DNA of 64,000 bases from Candidatus Omnitrophota bacterium (GCA_023140385.1 JAGLLT010000021.1:1068-65067); one strand, 5' to 3'; positions 8,941-19,095 are shown, counted from the stretch's first letter. Notes: generated from the letters alone by a model not told the origin. Made by a program: numbers and translations.

Positions 8941-9261
8941 TTAACTGACAACGCTTCCCGTCTTTACGCTTTTTTCAGGTATTAAAATTGCCAGGTTTTC
9001 ATCATCTTTAGCTGCCAGAAGCATTCCTTCGGAGATTTCTCCTCTTATGGTTGCCGGCTCTATATTGACCAAGACAACTATCTGTTTGTCTTTTAGCTCC
9101 TCAGGCGTGTAATATTTTTTGATACCGGATATTATTTGCCTTGATTCGTTTTCAATTTCAACTCTGAGAATATATAGCATGTCCGCGTTCGGATGTTCTT
9201 TTACTTCGATAATTTTAGCAATTTTTAACTCCAATTTTTTGAAATCTTCAAAAGTAATCAT
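8941..9261 (-). CDS. tRNA-binding OB-fold protein (MetRS C-terminal / Trbp111-like)
   Basis: ITFEDFKKLELK..HPNAD.L...RQIISGI...SEGMLLA. Confidence 0.9.
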   Translation of the reverse strand: MITFEDFKKLELKIAKIIEVKEHPNADMLYILRVEIENESRQIISGIKKYYTPEELKDKQIVVLVNIEPATIRGEISEGMLLAAKDDENLAILIPEKSVKTGSVVS

Positions 9262-9287
9262 TTTCTCTCCCTATTCTGCCCCGAAAG

Positions 9288-9941
9288 TTAATTCTGTGTA
9301 ATTTTGACCAAAACGTCATTTCTGATATCATCTATTATTTTACTTAAAGCCTCGTCCAGTAATTTTAATTTGTAGTTGAATCCTCTTGAGTATCTGGCCG
9401 AGCTAAAGAGGCCCGTAGGAAGTTTTTTGTCCTCGCTAAAGATATAGCTTTTATCAATAAGCATCTTATTTGCGGAGTCCGTCAATTTAATTTTAATTTC
9501 AATGGCTATAATAAATTCATCTTTGGACCAAATACTGGCTACTTGCTTCAAATACGGAACTACCGTTGTTTTTGGCAGTTGAAGTGCTGCCTGAAAATGC
9601 TCTACAGAACCTGATAATGTATAGTCAGAGGCATTTCTTTTGTCTTCCTGAAAGGCGCTTGCAATCAACAGGCCGCTTTTTTTGAGTTCTTGCTTAAGAA
9701 TTCTGTTTAAAGAAACAGTTATATTTTCCTCAAAGTGCGAGTCCCTGGAAGCAAACTTTAAAAACCTTCCGTTTTTACCTGTTCGTTCTTGTTCGGGACG
9801 ATTATCACTAAAAGTTTCTATGTTTATGCTGTGCTCCCGGCGGCACCGGATATCGCTTTCTGAAATTGAATACTTAATTATGTGCCTGGAGCAGCCGCTG
9901 ATGATAACAGTTAATAAAACGATAATAAAAATTTTTTTCAT
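9288..9941 (-). CDS. Hypothetical lipoprotein
   Basis: Lipobox ISGC after a hydrophobic stretch. Confidence 0.7.
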   Translation of the reverse strand: MKKIFIIVLLTVIISGCSRHIIKYSISESDIRCRREHSINIETFSDNRPEQERTGKNGRFLKFASRDSHFEENITVSLNRILKQELKKSGLLIASAFQEDKRNASDYTLSGSVEHFQAALQLPKTTVVPYLKQVASIWSKDEFIIAIEIKIKLTDSANKMLIDKSYIFSEDKKLPTGLFSSARYSRGFNYKLKLLDEALSKIIDDIRNDVLVKITQN

Positions 9942-9965
9942 AAATTTAGCCTTTTGTAAAATAGT

Positions 9966-10310
9966 TTATTTTGTTTCCTTGTCCTCTTCCCATCTAATTA
10001 AAATATTTCCTTCAAAATAAAGCCTTTTTGTCCTGGAGAGATAATCGGCATCCAGCGGAATCGCCGGATAGCGCGCGTCGTAGACCCACTCTTCCTTCTC
10101 ATCTGTCCACGCGTCCGGGGCTGTGGTAATTGTTTTGGCCGGCTTGCCCCACAACTCTAGTACCTCTTCTTTCGGCATTCCCCTGCGGAGAGAGTCTGTT
10201 CCCAGAGGGTGCTGTAATATCTGAGCCGGCGAAGGGGGCGTTATTTCGGCGCAAGATAGCCCTACCACACCTAAAAATAACAATATGGCAATAATTATTC
10301 CCTGCTTCAT
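9966..10310 (-). CDS. Small lipoprotein (SmpA/BamE-like)
   Basis: Lipobox GLSC; GMPKEEVLELWGKP...EEWVY; GGAGG upstream of ATG 10310. Confidence 0.65.
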   Translation of the reverse strand: MKQGIIIAILLFLGVVGLSCAEITPPSPAQILQHPLGTDSLRRGMPKEEVLELWGKPAKTITTAPDAWTDEKEEWVYDARYPAIPLDADYLSRTKRLYFEGNILIRWEEDKETK

Positions 10311-10351
10311 GTCTACCTCCAAAGGTTATGTTATGGTTTTTTGTAAACTAA

Positions 10352-11629
10352 CTACCGCTTGTCATCCTCATCTTTAGAATCAAAGCACAGAAAAACCCAC
10401 TTCTTAATGTATCTATTTTTCATAAAGTATTTCCAAACCATTTTACTGCGGTAATTTTCTATCATTAGCATCGTAACTCCAAGACTAATACCCAGGCATT
10501 CCTCGGTATGCCATTTTTTATCGACGTTGAAGGCGTCGATAAAGCCATATTTTTTATATACTTTATTTCCGTATCTATTATACATATGTCTTAAGGCTGA
10601 TATTGAGAGCTTTGGTGTAAAAGCGATGGATCCACCCGCTCCATAAGGGCATATAGTTCCGTCGTGAATTGAGTGGCCGGGTTTTGCCCCATAGCCTCTA
10701 TAGCCGCTTGGCCCCAAGGATGCTGTTAGCCCCCAGATATTCGGGCCGTAAGTGCGATAATGGTTCTGTTGGTCAATACAGAATTTTCTATTAGCTTTTG
10801 TGGCCTCGATAGAGTTTTTAAACCAATTTATACCTTGATCGTCAAGTTTCCTGAAGTCTATCCATGCGTGTGAATATTGATAGGTAAAAAGGCTGCCCGT
10901 AGAACAGTAGATAAGCTCGTAATCACCATATTTTGCTACCGATCTCTTCCAGGTAGACCAGCTTTTGGCTTTAATGGGGTATGTGGGTGAGCCGATAGCC
11001 AACGCGTAAAGTATCATAGCCTCACTGTAAGAGTCCCAGTAAGATGGAAAAATGCCTGTTTCCGGTTTCCAACCCATGCTGATGAGGTTGTTTTTCATCA
11101 GCCAGGGCCAATCTACCCGGCGATAAAGCGCAGTAGCAACCTTTTCGACTTCAGTTCCCTTAAAGTATTCACCCGCAAAAAGAGCGCCTGCCAGAAATAG
11201 GGCGGTGTCTATTGAAGATATTTCACATTCCCATACCCTTTTACCGGTCCGCATATCAAGAAAATGATAGAAAAAGCCGTGTTCATTGGGAACTTTATCT
11301 CTGAAGGTAATAAGCGTTTTGAGAACTCTATTATAGGCTCTATCATGGTCTACCCATCCCCTCTCTGCCCCGATACATATTGCCGTAAGGCCGAAGCCGC
11401 AAGCTGCTATACTCGAAGGGGCGCCTACGCGGGAACTATCCTTAATCAGGCCGTTTCTTGGATTTGCTTCTTTCCAGAAGTAGTCAAATATATCTTTTTC
11501 AAGCTTTATCAGGAACTTTTTGTCGCTCTCTGACAGGCGTTCTTGCGGCAGCGCGTTCGCGGAAAAAAGAGGAAGCGGTAGAATGCTTAAAAGAAAAATT
11601 AAAGCTGCTTTTTTAAAAAAACAAACCAT
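10352..11629 (-). CDS. Secreted glucoamylase-like glycoside hydrolase (GH144 beta-1,2-glucanase-like)
   Basis: SSIAACGFGL, HGFFYHF, EISSIDTA, LFTYQYSHAWIDFR, WGLTAS. Confidence 0.82.
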   Translation of the reverse strand: MVCFFKKAALIFLLSILPLPLFSANALPQERLSESDKKFLIKLEKDIFDYFWKEANPRNGLIKDSSRVGAPSSIAACGFGLTAICIGAERGWVDHDRAYNRVLKTLITFRDKVPNEHGFFYHFLDMRTGKRVWECEISSIDTALFLAGALFAGEYFKGTEVEKVATALYRRVDWPWLMKNNLISMGWKPETGIFPSYWDSYSEAMILYALAIGSPTYPIKAKSWSTWKRSVAKYGDYELIYCSTGSLFTYQYSHAWIDFRKLDDQGINWFKNSIEATKANRKFCIDQQNHYRTYGPNIWGLTASLGPSGYRGYGAKPGHSIHDGTICPYGAGGSIAFTPKLSISALRHMYNRYGNKVYKKYGFIDAFNVDKKWHTEECLGISLGVTMLMIENYRSKMVWKYFMKNRYIKKWVFLCFDSKDEDDKR

Positions 11630-11648
11630 AATAACTGTAAAAGCTTCC

Positions 11649-12377
11649 TTATTTTGTATTTTTATAAAAATCCAACAGTTTGGCCATTTCCGCTATATAT
11701 TGTTCGTTTTGTGTGATGGGGCCTTTAATTTTTTCTGTTGCCGAAGATAGCTGGGCAGCGTTCTTTTTTAAGTTTTGATTAACGTCAGCTATTTTCTTTA
11801 GGAGGTCTTTCGCCATTTTTTCTCTTTGGCTAAAGGATGAGATAGCTTCATTTATCAGTTTAGCCAGCCTTTGGAATTCGTCGGCCCACCTTAAATGAAT
11901 GCGAACGTCCATGTCTCCTTTTATAAATCTTTTCATCGTTTCTTCAAAGCGGTAAACCGGTCCGGCGATTCGGTGAGTCAAAAATATGCTAAACGATATA
12001 ATTAAGCCAAGTAGAACAAAAATCCAGGGGACAAGCTTTTGATTGACTTCGTATAGGATTTCCATGACTACTCCCCGCTCGTAATCAGACAGCATTTTCG
12101 CTGTCTCAGGGAAAAACATATCAAACTCTCTTTCTTCTCTAATGCCGGCGGAATAACGAGCCACCTGCCGCTGTCTTATATCGGCAGCAGTATTAATTCT
12201 CATCTTTAATTTATCAGTTGAAAATTCAGGCAGGACGGAATTAAGAATGTTGAAGTAGAGGGTAGCCGCTGTAATAAAGGTTGCTATCAGCAGTGTAATG
12301 CCGATAATCGAAGAAATTTTTAACTGAAAAACAGGTTTTATTAAATATTGCCTTCTGCGGAAAGATGGTTTATCCAT
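11649..12377 (-). CDS. HAMP-domain membrane protein
   Basis: RRRQYLI N-terminus, 2 TM, THRIAGPVYRF...LRWADEF. Confidence 0.75.
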   Translation of the reverse strand: MDKPSFRRRQYLIKPVFQLKISSIIGITLLIATFITAATLYFNILNSVLPEFSTDKLKMRINTAADIRQRQVARYSAGIREEREFDMFFPETAKMLSDYERGVVMEILYEVNQKLVPWIFVLLGLIISFSIFLTHRIAGPVYRFEETMKRFIKGDMDVRIHLRWADEFQRLAKLINEAISSFSQREKMAKDLLKKIADVNQNLKKNAAQLSSATEKIKGPITQNEQYIAEMAKLLDFYKNTK

Positions 12378-12420
12378 GTTACCCGTTTTCTCCTTATTTT
12401 AATAGGGTTTAAAGAAGGCA

Positions 12421-12882
12421 TCAGGACTTTATCTTATAAATAAGTTCAACAATTTCCCGTTCACCCATATTTTGCCGCTCCTTCTCCATGAAGCCGTTCT
12501 TTAAGAAAAGATTAATGACGGCCTTCATGCGGCCGGTTGAACGGAATAGAATACGCTTGTAGCTCTTTATTCTGCAAAAGTCAATTACTCTATGGAGTAG
12601 AGTATCTTCAATATTCCTTCCTCGATAGCCACGATGAATAAAAAATCTCCTTATCAGCGCCACGTCGTTACTTTCATTTAAGACGCCTATAACAGCAATA
12701 ATTTTTTCTTCTTCTTCGACAATTAAAAAAATATTTTTATCCGCCTCATAAATTTGCCGCAAGTTATTCAGGTTATTATCGGGCAGTTTTTGCTGCCCGC
12801 CTGAGAGTTCTTCTTTAAGGCTTCTGTCGATGAAGTTTTTTACCTCTTTTAAATCTGTTTCTTTAAACTCTCTAATTTCCAT
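12421..12882 (-). CDS. GNAT family acetyltransferase
   Basis: IRRFFIHRGYRGRNI; AVINLFLKNGF. Confidence 0.8.
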   Translation of the reverse strand: MEIREFKETDLKEVKNFIDRSLKEELSGGQQKLPDNNLNNLRQIYEADKNIFLIVEEEEKIIAVIGVLNESNDVALIRRFFIHRGYRGRNIEDTLLHRVIDFCRIKSYKRILFRSTGRMKAVINLFLKNGFMEKERQNMGEREIVELIYKIKS

Positions 12883-12883
12883 T

Positions 12884-13684
12884 TTAGAACTTTATGAAAT
12901 TATTGAAGCTTTTTGTGATACCCAAGGTTACCGACCAGTCCCGGCTTTCATCTGTTAAGCCTATGCCGCCGCCTATGTCCCAGGCCCAATTCTCCCTTTT
13001 GCCCTGGGCGCCTATCAGTAAGCATAAAAAGTCATTATTGTCATTTGAAAAGGCCTGGCCGCTGATCCCAAGAGCTAAATTCAAGGTATCATCGGCAGGA
13101 ATTAGAACGCCTAAGTTGTAGTAAAGTACGTCGTCCTGATTGCTGTTATGATGTGGATTGCCCAGTATTCCCATACCGAGATTGAGATGGCAGGCTGTAT
13201 TGCCGAGATGCTTGCTGAGCAGTAAGGAATTAAAGAAGTCAAATTCATCAGTACCCAGCCTGTCTTCATTACTCGCGTTTGGCAGCTTAGTGCTAAAATT
13301 AAGGCCGATTGCCGGATAATTATCCTCTTGCCTAAGTTGTACCTTTGTAGAGAGGCGTATGTCACCTGCCCCGTACGCGCTATCAGTTTCGTCAACATAC
13401 AGGCAGTCAAAGAGTGTTTGAATTTCAACGATTTTACCCGCGCCCAGCATCATGCCCAAAGAAGGCAAGCGGGCCTCGTCCCGGTTTTTTTGACCGCTGT
13501 CAAAGGCTAATTTTTTGTTCTCGAGATATTCAACCCCTATCCGCACCTCCAGTGTGCCCGCCTCAATGACGTTCGCGTCTTGTGTGTCGAGCGGCATAAG
13601 GTTGGCGGCTTTGAGCGAACCATGACTTATAATAAGCAAAAAACAAATTACGGCAATCAGTAATTGAAGCCGTTTTTTTATCAT
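12884..13684 (-). CDS. Outer-membrane beta-barrel (transporter/SphA-like)
   Basis: Signal peptide, GAGDIRLSTK, KLPNA...LGT, amphipathic strands, terminal Phe. Confidence 0.65.
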   Translation of the reverse strand: MIKKRLQLLIAVICFLLIISHGSLKAANLMPLDTQDANVIEAGTLEVRIGVEYLENKKLAFDSGQKNRDEARLPSLGMMLGAGKIVEIQTLFDCLYVDETDSAYGAGDIRLSTKVQLRQEDNYPAIGLNFSTKLPNASNEDRLGTDEFDFFNSLLLSKHLGNTACHLNLGMGILGNPHHNSNQDDVLYYNLGVLIPADDTLNLALGISGQAFSNDNNDFLCLLIGAQGKRENWAWDIGGGIGLTDESRDWSVTLGITKSFNNFIKF

Positions 13685-13709
13685 TTAGAGCCTCCTGCCT
13701 TTTTAAGAT

Positions 13710-13985
13710 ATATTGTCAAAACTAGTTACTCTTTATACGTTTAAAAAACTCTAAACCCTAAACTCTAATATCTAAATCCTAAATAATTTCAAAATTCTAA
13801 TGCTCAAATGTTATAAACCTTAAGTGTCTTTGTTTTGGTCATTTGCCTGCCTGTCGGTAGGCAGGTATTTTGGACATTTGGATTTGTTTAGTATTTAGTG
13901 CTTAGTATTTAGGATTTTTACAATAAATATAACTCTTTTAAATCACGTGGTTCTTTTGCAATTTTTTAAACAACTTTGACAGTAT
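13710..13985. mobile_element. MITE-like hairpin repeat family A, copy 1 (carries a 20-bp nested palindrome)
   Basis: Ends ATATTGTCAAAA / CTTTGACAGTAT; heptamer-periodic core nearly identical to four other copies. Confidence 0.75.
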
Positions 13986-13995
13986 GCAACCAGCG

Positions 13996-15099
13996 CTATT
14001 TTTTTATTCTTTGACTGATGACGTTTTTTATGAGGCGCTCAGAAATTCCTTCACGTATTATGACCTTTCCGATGTTTACCGGCAGGACAAATCTGTTTTT
14101 CCCGGAGATAAATTTTTTGTCATGCAAGTAAGCCGGCATTATTTTTTCTAATGGAGCGTTTTTTATGTGGATAGGCAGGCCGATCATTGAGATGATACTT
14201 TCGATGCGGCAGAGAGTTTTTTGATTACAGATTTTTAACCTGCAGGCTATTTCACTGGCGCATATCATGCCTATGGCGATAGCCTCTCCGTGAGTATAAC
14301 TTTTGCCGTAGTCTGACGCCGTTTCAATGGCGTGCCCAATGGTGTGGCCGAAGTTAAGAATGGTGCGTATGCCTTTGGTTTCTCTTTCATCTTGTGATAC
14401 GACCCTGGCCTTTATTCGCGACGATTGGATGATGATGTGGCTGAGAGCTTCCTTATCCAATTCAAGTATTTTATGGTAGTTAAGTTCAATAAACCTAAAA
14501 AGCTGGCTATCGGTTATAACGCCGTATTTGATTACTTCAGCCAGCCCCGTTTTGAGTTGTCTTAAGTTCAGGGATGACACGGTGGATACATCGCTAAAAA
14601 CCAAACGCGGCTGGTAAAACGCGCCCAATAAGTTTTTCCCATATTGTAAATCAACCGCTACTTTGCCGCCAATGCTTGAATCAACCTGAGCCAAAAGGCT
14701 GGTTGGTACCTGCACGTAAGGAATTCCTCTTTTGTAAACGGCAGCCGCAAAGCCGCTTAAATCTCCGATTACTCCTCCACCCAGCGCGATTACGAAGATT
14801 CTCTTTCGTACGTCAATACGCGCTATTTTAGAAATGACTTTACTCAGACAACTTACCGATTTCGCTTTTTCTGAGTCAGGCACTTCGATAAAATCATTTT
14901 TTATGGAAGATTTTGAGAGAGTTTTTACTATTTTTTCGTTATATAATTTTTTTATTTTGGAGTTGCTGATAATTACGGCGTGATTGCCGATATTTGACTC
15001 TTTTAACAGCCTGCCCAGGCAATTGAACTGGTTGTTCGCTATGTAGATACCGTAGCTTCTTTCTTTTAGATTTACTGTGATCTTTTTTAAGTTTTTCAT
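13996..15099 (-). CDS. aroB: 3-dehydroquinate synthase
   Basis: ALGGGVIGDL, QVPTSLLAQVDSSIGGK, LNFGHTIGHAIE. Confidence 0.97.
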   Translation of the reverse strand: MKNLKKITVNLKERSYGIYIANNQFNCLGRLLKESNIGNHAVIISNSKIKKLYNEKIVKTLSKSSIKNDFIEVPDSEKAKSVSCLSKVISKIARIDVRKRIFVIALGGGVIGDLSGFAAAVYKRGIPYVQVPTSLLAQVDSSIGGKVAVDLQYGKNLLGAFYQPRLVFSDVSTVSSLNLRQLKTGLAEVIKYGVITDSQLFRFIELNYHKILELDKEALSHIIIQSSRIKARVVSQDERETKGIRTILNFGHTIGHAIETASDYGKSYTHGEAIAIGMICASEIACRLKICNQKTLCRIESIISMIGLPIHIKNAPLEKIMPAYLHDKKFISGKNRFVLPVNIGKVIIREGISERLIKNVISQRIKK

Positions 15100-15106
15100 G
15101 TGGTTT

Positions 15107-15135
15107 AGTATAACAATAATAAGGAGTTAAGTCAA
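15107..15135 (-). promoter_or_regulatory. Sigma70 promoter, probably giving a leaderless aroB mRNA
   Basis: TTGACT-17 bp-TATACT, 7 nt before the ATG, no Shine-Dalgarno. Confidence 0.65.
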
Positions 15136-15169
15136 GTTAGTTATTGAGGTTATGAGTGCCTGAAATAAC

Positions 15170-15826
15170 TTAATGGATGCTGTATAGATTAATGATAAAA
15201 CCGACAATAGCAAGAATAAAATCAGCGAGTGCTGTGAAATAAAACAGCATAAAAATAATTATAATTCCGTAGGGAGCGATTTTCTTATACCGCCAGGCCG
15301 TCTCCCGCGGCAGGAATGCCTCTAATATTCGAGAGCCGTCCAAGGGATGTACGGGAATTAGATTAAATACGCCTAAAAATAAATTAATCAAAATAAGGTA
15401 GATCAAAAAGAGTATAAAAGGATTGGTGATTACTATATTATTACTTAAACTAAGAATTTCAGAAGGCAAAATACCGCCCAAGCGCAGCAGTCCGGCGGCG
15501 CAGGTAGCTGTAAAAAGGTTAGCCGCCGGCCCGGCCAGCGATACGTAGACCATATCCTTTTTAGGATTATTTAGGTTGTAGGAATTAATCGGCACGGGTT
15601 TTGCCCAGCCGAAAAGTATAGGAAAGTTTATGATAAGAAGAAAAGCGGGCGCGGCAATTGTGCCTATGGGATCAATGTGCGCTATAGGATTAAAGGTAAC
15701 TCTTCCCGCTTCCCGCGCTGTCGGGTCGCCTAATTTTTCAGCCGTCCATCCATGAGCGAACTCGTGAATAATTATCGCGACCGTAAAGGCTAAAATTAAA
15801 AAAAGTTTATCAATAATAAAAAACAT
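15170..15826 (-). CDS. Site-2 protease (M50)
   Basis: HEFAH, AGPAAN, NLIPVHPLDG. Confidence 0.92.
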   Translation of the reverse strand: MFFIIDKLFLILAFTVAIIIHEFAHGWTAEKLGDPTAREAGRVTFNPIAHIDPIGTIAAPAFLLIINFPILFGWAKPVPINSYNLNNPKKDMVYVSLAGPAANLFTATCAAGLLRLGGILPSEILSLSNNIVITNPFILFLIYLILINLFLGVFNLIPVHPLDGSRILEAFLPRETAWRYKKIAPYGIIIIFMLFYFTALADFILAIVGFIINLYSIH

Positions 15827-15838
15827 TTCATTCTTTTT

Positions 15839-16666
15839 TTAATTTAACAGTTCTATTTTGACAACATAAATCAGGGGGTATCTGGAGGCGGCATTGCTCT
15901 TTTCACCGTAGAGCTTAACTTTGCAGTTTACGTAAGTATCTAAATCAAGAGCCGCGCTCTTTAAATAATATTTTGTTTTTCTGCCGGTTTTGAGTTTATG
16001 CGTGGCATCTACTCCGAAAACCCTTCCTAAATCTCTTATTGTTCCTTCCGCGCTATAGATTTCCTTTGAAGCAGGCCGCAGTTTGCTCTTTTCTTTATCT
16101 TTTTCTTTCGGATAGACGATTACCTTTATTTTATTTTCAACTTTTTTAGCATAGGTTTTTTCTTTTAGCCCGGCTTGTTCAATTTTTTTACAGTCGCTAT
16201 AGTAGTCGACAAACGGTTTTTTTATCCATCCGCTGCAGTTAGCCGGAGCTTTTATTTTATACCAGCCGGCGACAGTACCGACAACCTTAACTTTAAAGCC
16301 CCTCTCTAATTTACCCAGGACGTTGTAGCTGGAACCGGGGCCGGCTCTTACGTTTAAAATAGTAACCTGAACCAGGCCGCTATTCGATATGTACTCTTTG
16401 GCGACATAACAATATACGTCATTGGGAAGTTCTATCTTGTACCAGCCGTAGTATATGCCCCGGACTACAATTTTATCTCCCTTAGACAGCTGTTTTAACG
16501 AAGTAAAATTTTTGTTATAACCGGCCCTTAAATTTACTCTCCCGGCTTTTACTTTTCCTACAAATGGATAATCCCGGGCGTTAAGCGGAGCGGCGGCTAA
16601 TATGGAAGCGGTTATAGCGGCCAGAATAACTGCTCTTTTAACTGAATAAAAGCCGGTTATCCGCAT
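15839..16666 (-). CDS. Secreted tandem SH3b-domain protein
   Basis: Two repeats VNLRAG...GWYKI / LNVRAGPG...GWYKI. Confidence 0.85.
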   Translation of the reverse strand: MRITGFYSVKRAVILAAITASILAAAPLNARDYPFVGKVKAGRVNLRAGYNKNFTSLKQLSKGDKIVVRGIYYGWYKIELPNDVYCYVAKEYISNSGLVQVTILNVRAGPGSSYNVLGKLERGFKVKVVGTVAGWYKIKAPANCSGWIKKPFVDYYSDCKKIEQAGLKEKTYAKKVENKIKVIVYPKEKDKEKSKLRPASKEIYSAEGTIRDLGRVFGVDATHKLKTGRKTKYYLKSAALDLDTYVNCKVKLYGEKSNAASRYPLIYVVKIELLN

Positions 16667-16926
16667 TACTTTTCTTTGCCTTTTTGAGACTGAGCTTCTT
16701 CTTTGGTAGACTTCTCCGCTTCCTCGGCAGCCTTCTCTTCCGCTTCCTTAGGCTTTTGTTTCTTCAGCTTTAACTTCATTACTTTAACTTTAGGCAGGCC
16801 GAACACCGAATCATTCTCATTCCACTTGCCCCGCTCTTTGAGCTTACTGATCTTCTCAAAACGGTTAAGGACGCTTCTTATCTTTTTGTCCTTGGAAGCT
16901 GATTTTAAGCTTTTATGTTGTGACAT
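16666..16926 (-). CDS. PVC superphylum small basic signature protein (TIGR04137-like)
   Basis: MSQHKSLK...RSVLNRFEKI..L...GKW...SVFGLPKVK. Confidence 0.88.
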   Translation of the reverse strand: MSQHKSLKSASKDKKIRSVLNRFEKISKLKERGKWNENDSVFGLPKVKVMKLKLKKQKPKEAEEKAAEEAEKSTKEEAQSQKGKEK

Positions 16927-16942
16927 CCCTTCCTCCTCTTTT

Positions 16943-17569
16943 TTAATTCTGAATTAAACGGCTTTTAACATAACACCCTTTGTATTCCTCACTAAGTTTT
17001 TTTCTGAGTTTTCGCGCTTTCACTTTGTCTTTATAGTTTCCTACAAAAACAATGTGGTACTTGTTATTTGAATCGATAAAAGCTGTATATCCGCGTTTTT
17101 TTAGTTTTTCAGCCTCTTTTTCCGCCCGGGATAACTGAGCGTAAGCGGCAAGCTGCAAACTGTAGGTTTTATAAGCGGGCGGCTTTTTGTCTTCTATCGC
17201 GCCAGCCGCCATCTGCTCCCCCTGTTTTTCTTCTACGGCCTTACTTTCGATTTGCCGCTCTTCCTCCAACCCTATAGTTGCTTTCCGGCTGTTTTCTTTT
17301 TTAACGGCCTCAGTTTCTGCCGTTACGGCAAGCTTGTCTGTCTTACCCGCGGCGGGTAAACTCATTCTTTTGCCTTTTTCTACTCCAAGGGAAAATATTA
17401 CAACATAGAGCAGAATGACGGCTATTATTAAAGAAACCAGTTTTTCGCGTGAGATACTGATTAGTATATTTTTTAGCTTGGGCACGCTTTTAAACGCTTT
17501 TGCCTTTTTAACGCGGCCCTTTGGAAATTCACTGAATAATTCTGACTGATATTCACGGTTTTCGTTCAT
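16943..17569 (-). CDS. SPOR-domain membrane protein
   Basis: One TM followed by FSLGVEKGK; C-terminal YSLQLAAY...VFVGNY. Confidence 0.85.
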   Translation of the reverse strand: MNENREYQSELFSEFPKGRVKKAKAFKSVPKLKNILISISREKLVSLIIAVILLYVVIFSLGVEKGKRMSLPAAGKTDKLAVTAETEAVKKENSRKATIGLEEERQIESKAVEEKQGEQMAAGAIEDKKPPAYKTYSLQLAAYAQLSRAEKEAEKLKKRGYTAFIDSNNKYHIVFVGNYKDKVKARKLRKKLSEEYKGCYVKSRLIQN

Positions 17570-17586
17570 TTATATACCGATTCCCA

Positions 17587-19068
17587 TTAAGCAACTTTTT
17601 TGATTTTTTTAGTTTTTTTAATAACTTTCAGAAAGGCCTTAACGATTTTTGGGTCAAATTGCGTGCCGCTATTTTTGTTTATTTCTTTTATTGCCTGGTC
17701 GATAGATTTAGCTCTGCGATACGGCCTCTTGGTTATCATGGCGTCAAAGGCGTCAACAATCGACAATATTCTGGCGCCGATTGGTATTTCTTTACCCTTT
17801 AATCCTTCCGGATAACCGGAGCCGTCATATTTTTCACGGTGATAAAGAATGATCGGTATGGCCGGCTCTAAAACTTTAAGATGCTTGAGAATCGACGCGC
17901 TTTTTGTAGGATGCTGTTTTATCATTTTAAATTCTTTGCTTGTTAGTCTTGAGTTTTTTTGAAGAATTTTTTCAGGTATGCCTATTTTGCCGACGTCATG
18001 CAGTTTAACGGCGTAATTCAGGGCATTAATATTATCTTTGGATAAATTCAGTTCGTGGGCAATGTCGGTTATTAGTTTTTTAAATTTTGCCTCCGGTATA
18101 TGAGCCTGTCTGTAGATACCTGAAAGCGTTGTGAGCGATTTAATGCTTCCTACGGCTACCTTTTCCCGCTGTTTGTTTAGCCTCGCGTTTTTAATGGCAA
18201 CGACGGCTTGCTCAGACAAGGTACTTAGGATTTCCTGGTCAAAGTAATTAAAAGGTTTTTTATCTACTTTGTCAGCGACTACAATGACACCAAGAACATC
18301 TTCTTCTATAAGCGGCATTGCGAGACAATGTTCTGTTAACATGGGGATTGCTTTTTTAGCTGATTGGCCGGCCATGCCGTCACCGAATTTAATCTTATGG
18401 GTGTCTGATAACTGCCCTCTTGGAGTTACGCAGGCCATTGGTTTTAAACATCGCCCGTTTTTTTCCGTCAGATAAATGGAGCATTTTTTAACCTTCATTA
18501 CTTGAAGAGATAATCTTGCCAAGCGCGGCAAAAGATCCTTCAGATCAAGAGTAGTGCTTATGAGCCTGTGTATGGTGTGAATGGTCGAAAGGGCCGCTGT
18601 TCTGGGCTGAATGGTTTCATAGAGCCTTGTGAGCTCCATATCGTTCTGCATTTTTAAAACAGCGGTATTTAAATAAGACTGAAAAATTAGGCTGTACTCT
18701 TTCGCGTTTAAACATTGAATATCGGCGGTTATTACATAGCCAAACAGGTAGTTTTCGCTTAAAAATGGAAAAATGTACGCTGTTGAGTTAGCATCGTATT
18801 TAACTCCTACCGGATTATGACTTTTTTTAACTTTATGAAGCGAGGCATAGATAGTAATAAAAACTTTTTTATCTTTTTCCGACTTTTTATGCTTATTTAG
18901 AAAAGAGGCTGGGAATTTATCTTTAAACTCAGGAATCAACTGCGGGACTGTTTCTATTTCCAGCCAAACTGTTTTTTTTCCCCAGGCCTTGAGGAATACC
19001 TTTTTCATTTTTTGATATTCTTCAGAAGTGATTAAGTTATGAAATAATTCCCCTTTGTTTTTTTTCAT
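17587..19068 (-). CDS. GAF + HD-GYP domain protein
   Basis: LHDVGKIGIP, YDGSGYPEGL, DAFDAM...RPYR, GTQFDP. Confidence 0.88.
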   Translation of the reverse strand: MKKNKGELFHNLITSEEYQKMKKVFLKAWGKKTVWLEIETVPQLIPEFKDKFPASFLNKHKKSEKDKKVFITIYASLHKVKKSHNPVGVKYDANSTAYIFPFLSENYLFGYVITADIQCLNAKEYSLIFQSYLNTAVLKMQNDMELTRLYETIQPRTAALSTIHTIHRLISTTLDLKDLLPRLARLSLQVMKVKKCSIYLTEKNGRCLKPMACVTPRGQLSDTHKIKFGDGMAGQSAKKAIPMLTEHCLAMPLIEEDVLGVIVVADKVDKKPFNYFDQEILSTLSEQAVVAIKNARLNKQREKVAVGSIKSLTTLSGIYRQAHIPEAKFKKLITDIAHELNLSKDNINALNYAVKLHDVGKIGIPEKILQKNSRLTSKEFKMIKQHPTKSASILKHLKVLEPAIPIILYHREKYDGSGYPEGLKGKEIPIGARILSIVDAFDAMITKRPYRRAKSIDQAIKEINKNSGTQFDPKIVKAFLKVIKKTKKIKKVA

Positions 19069-19095
19069 TTAACGCTATCCTTTTTTTCCGCGGGA

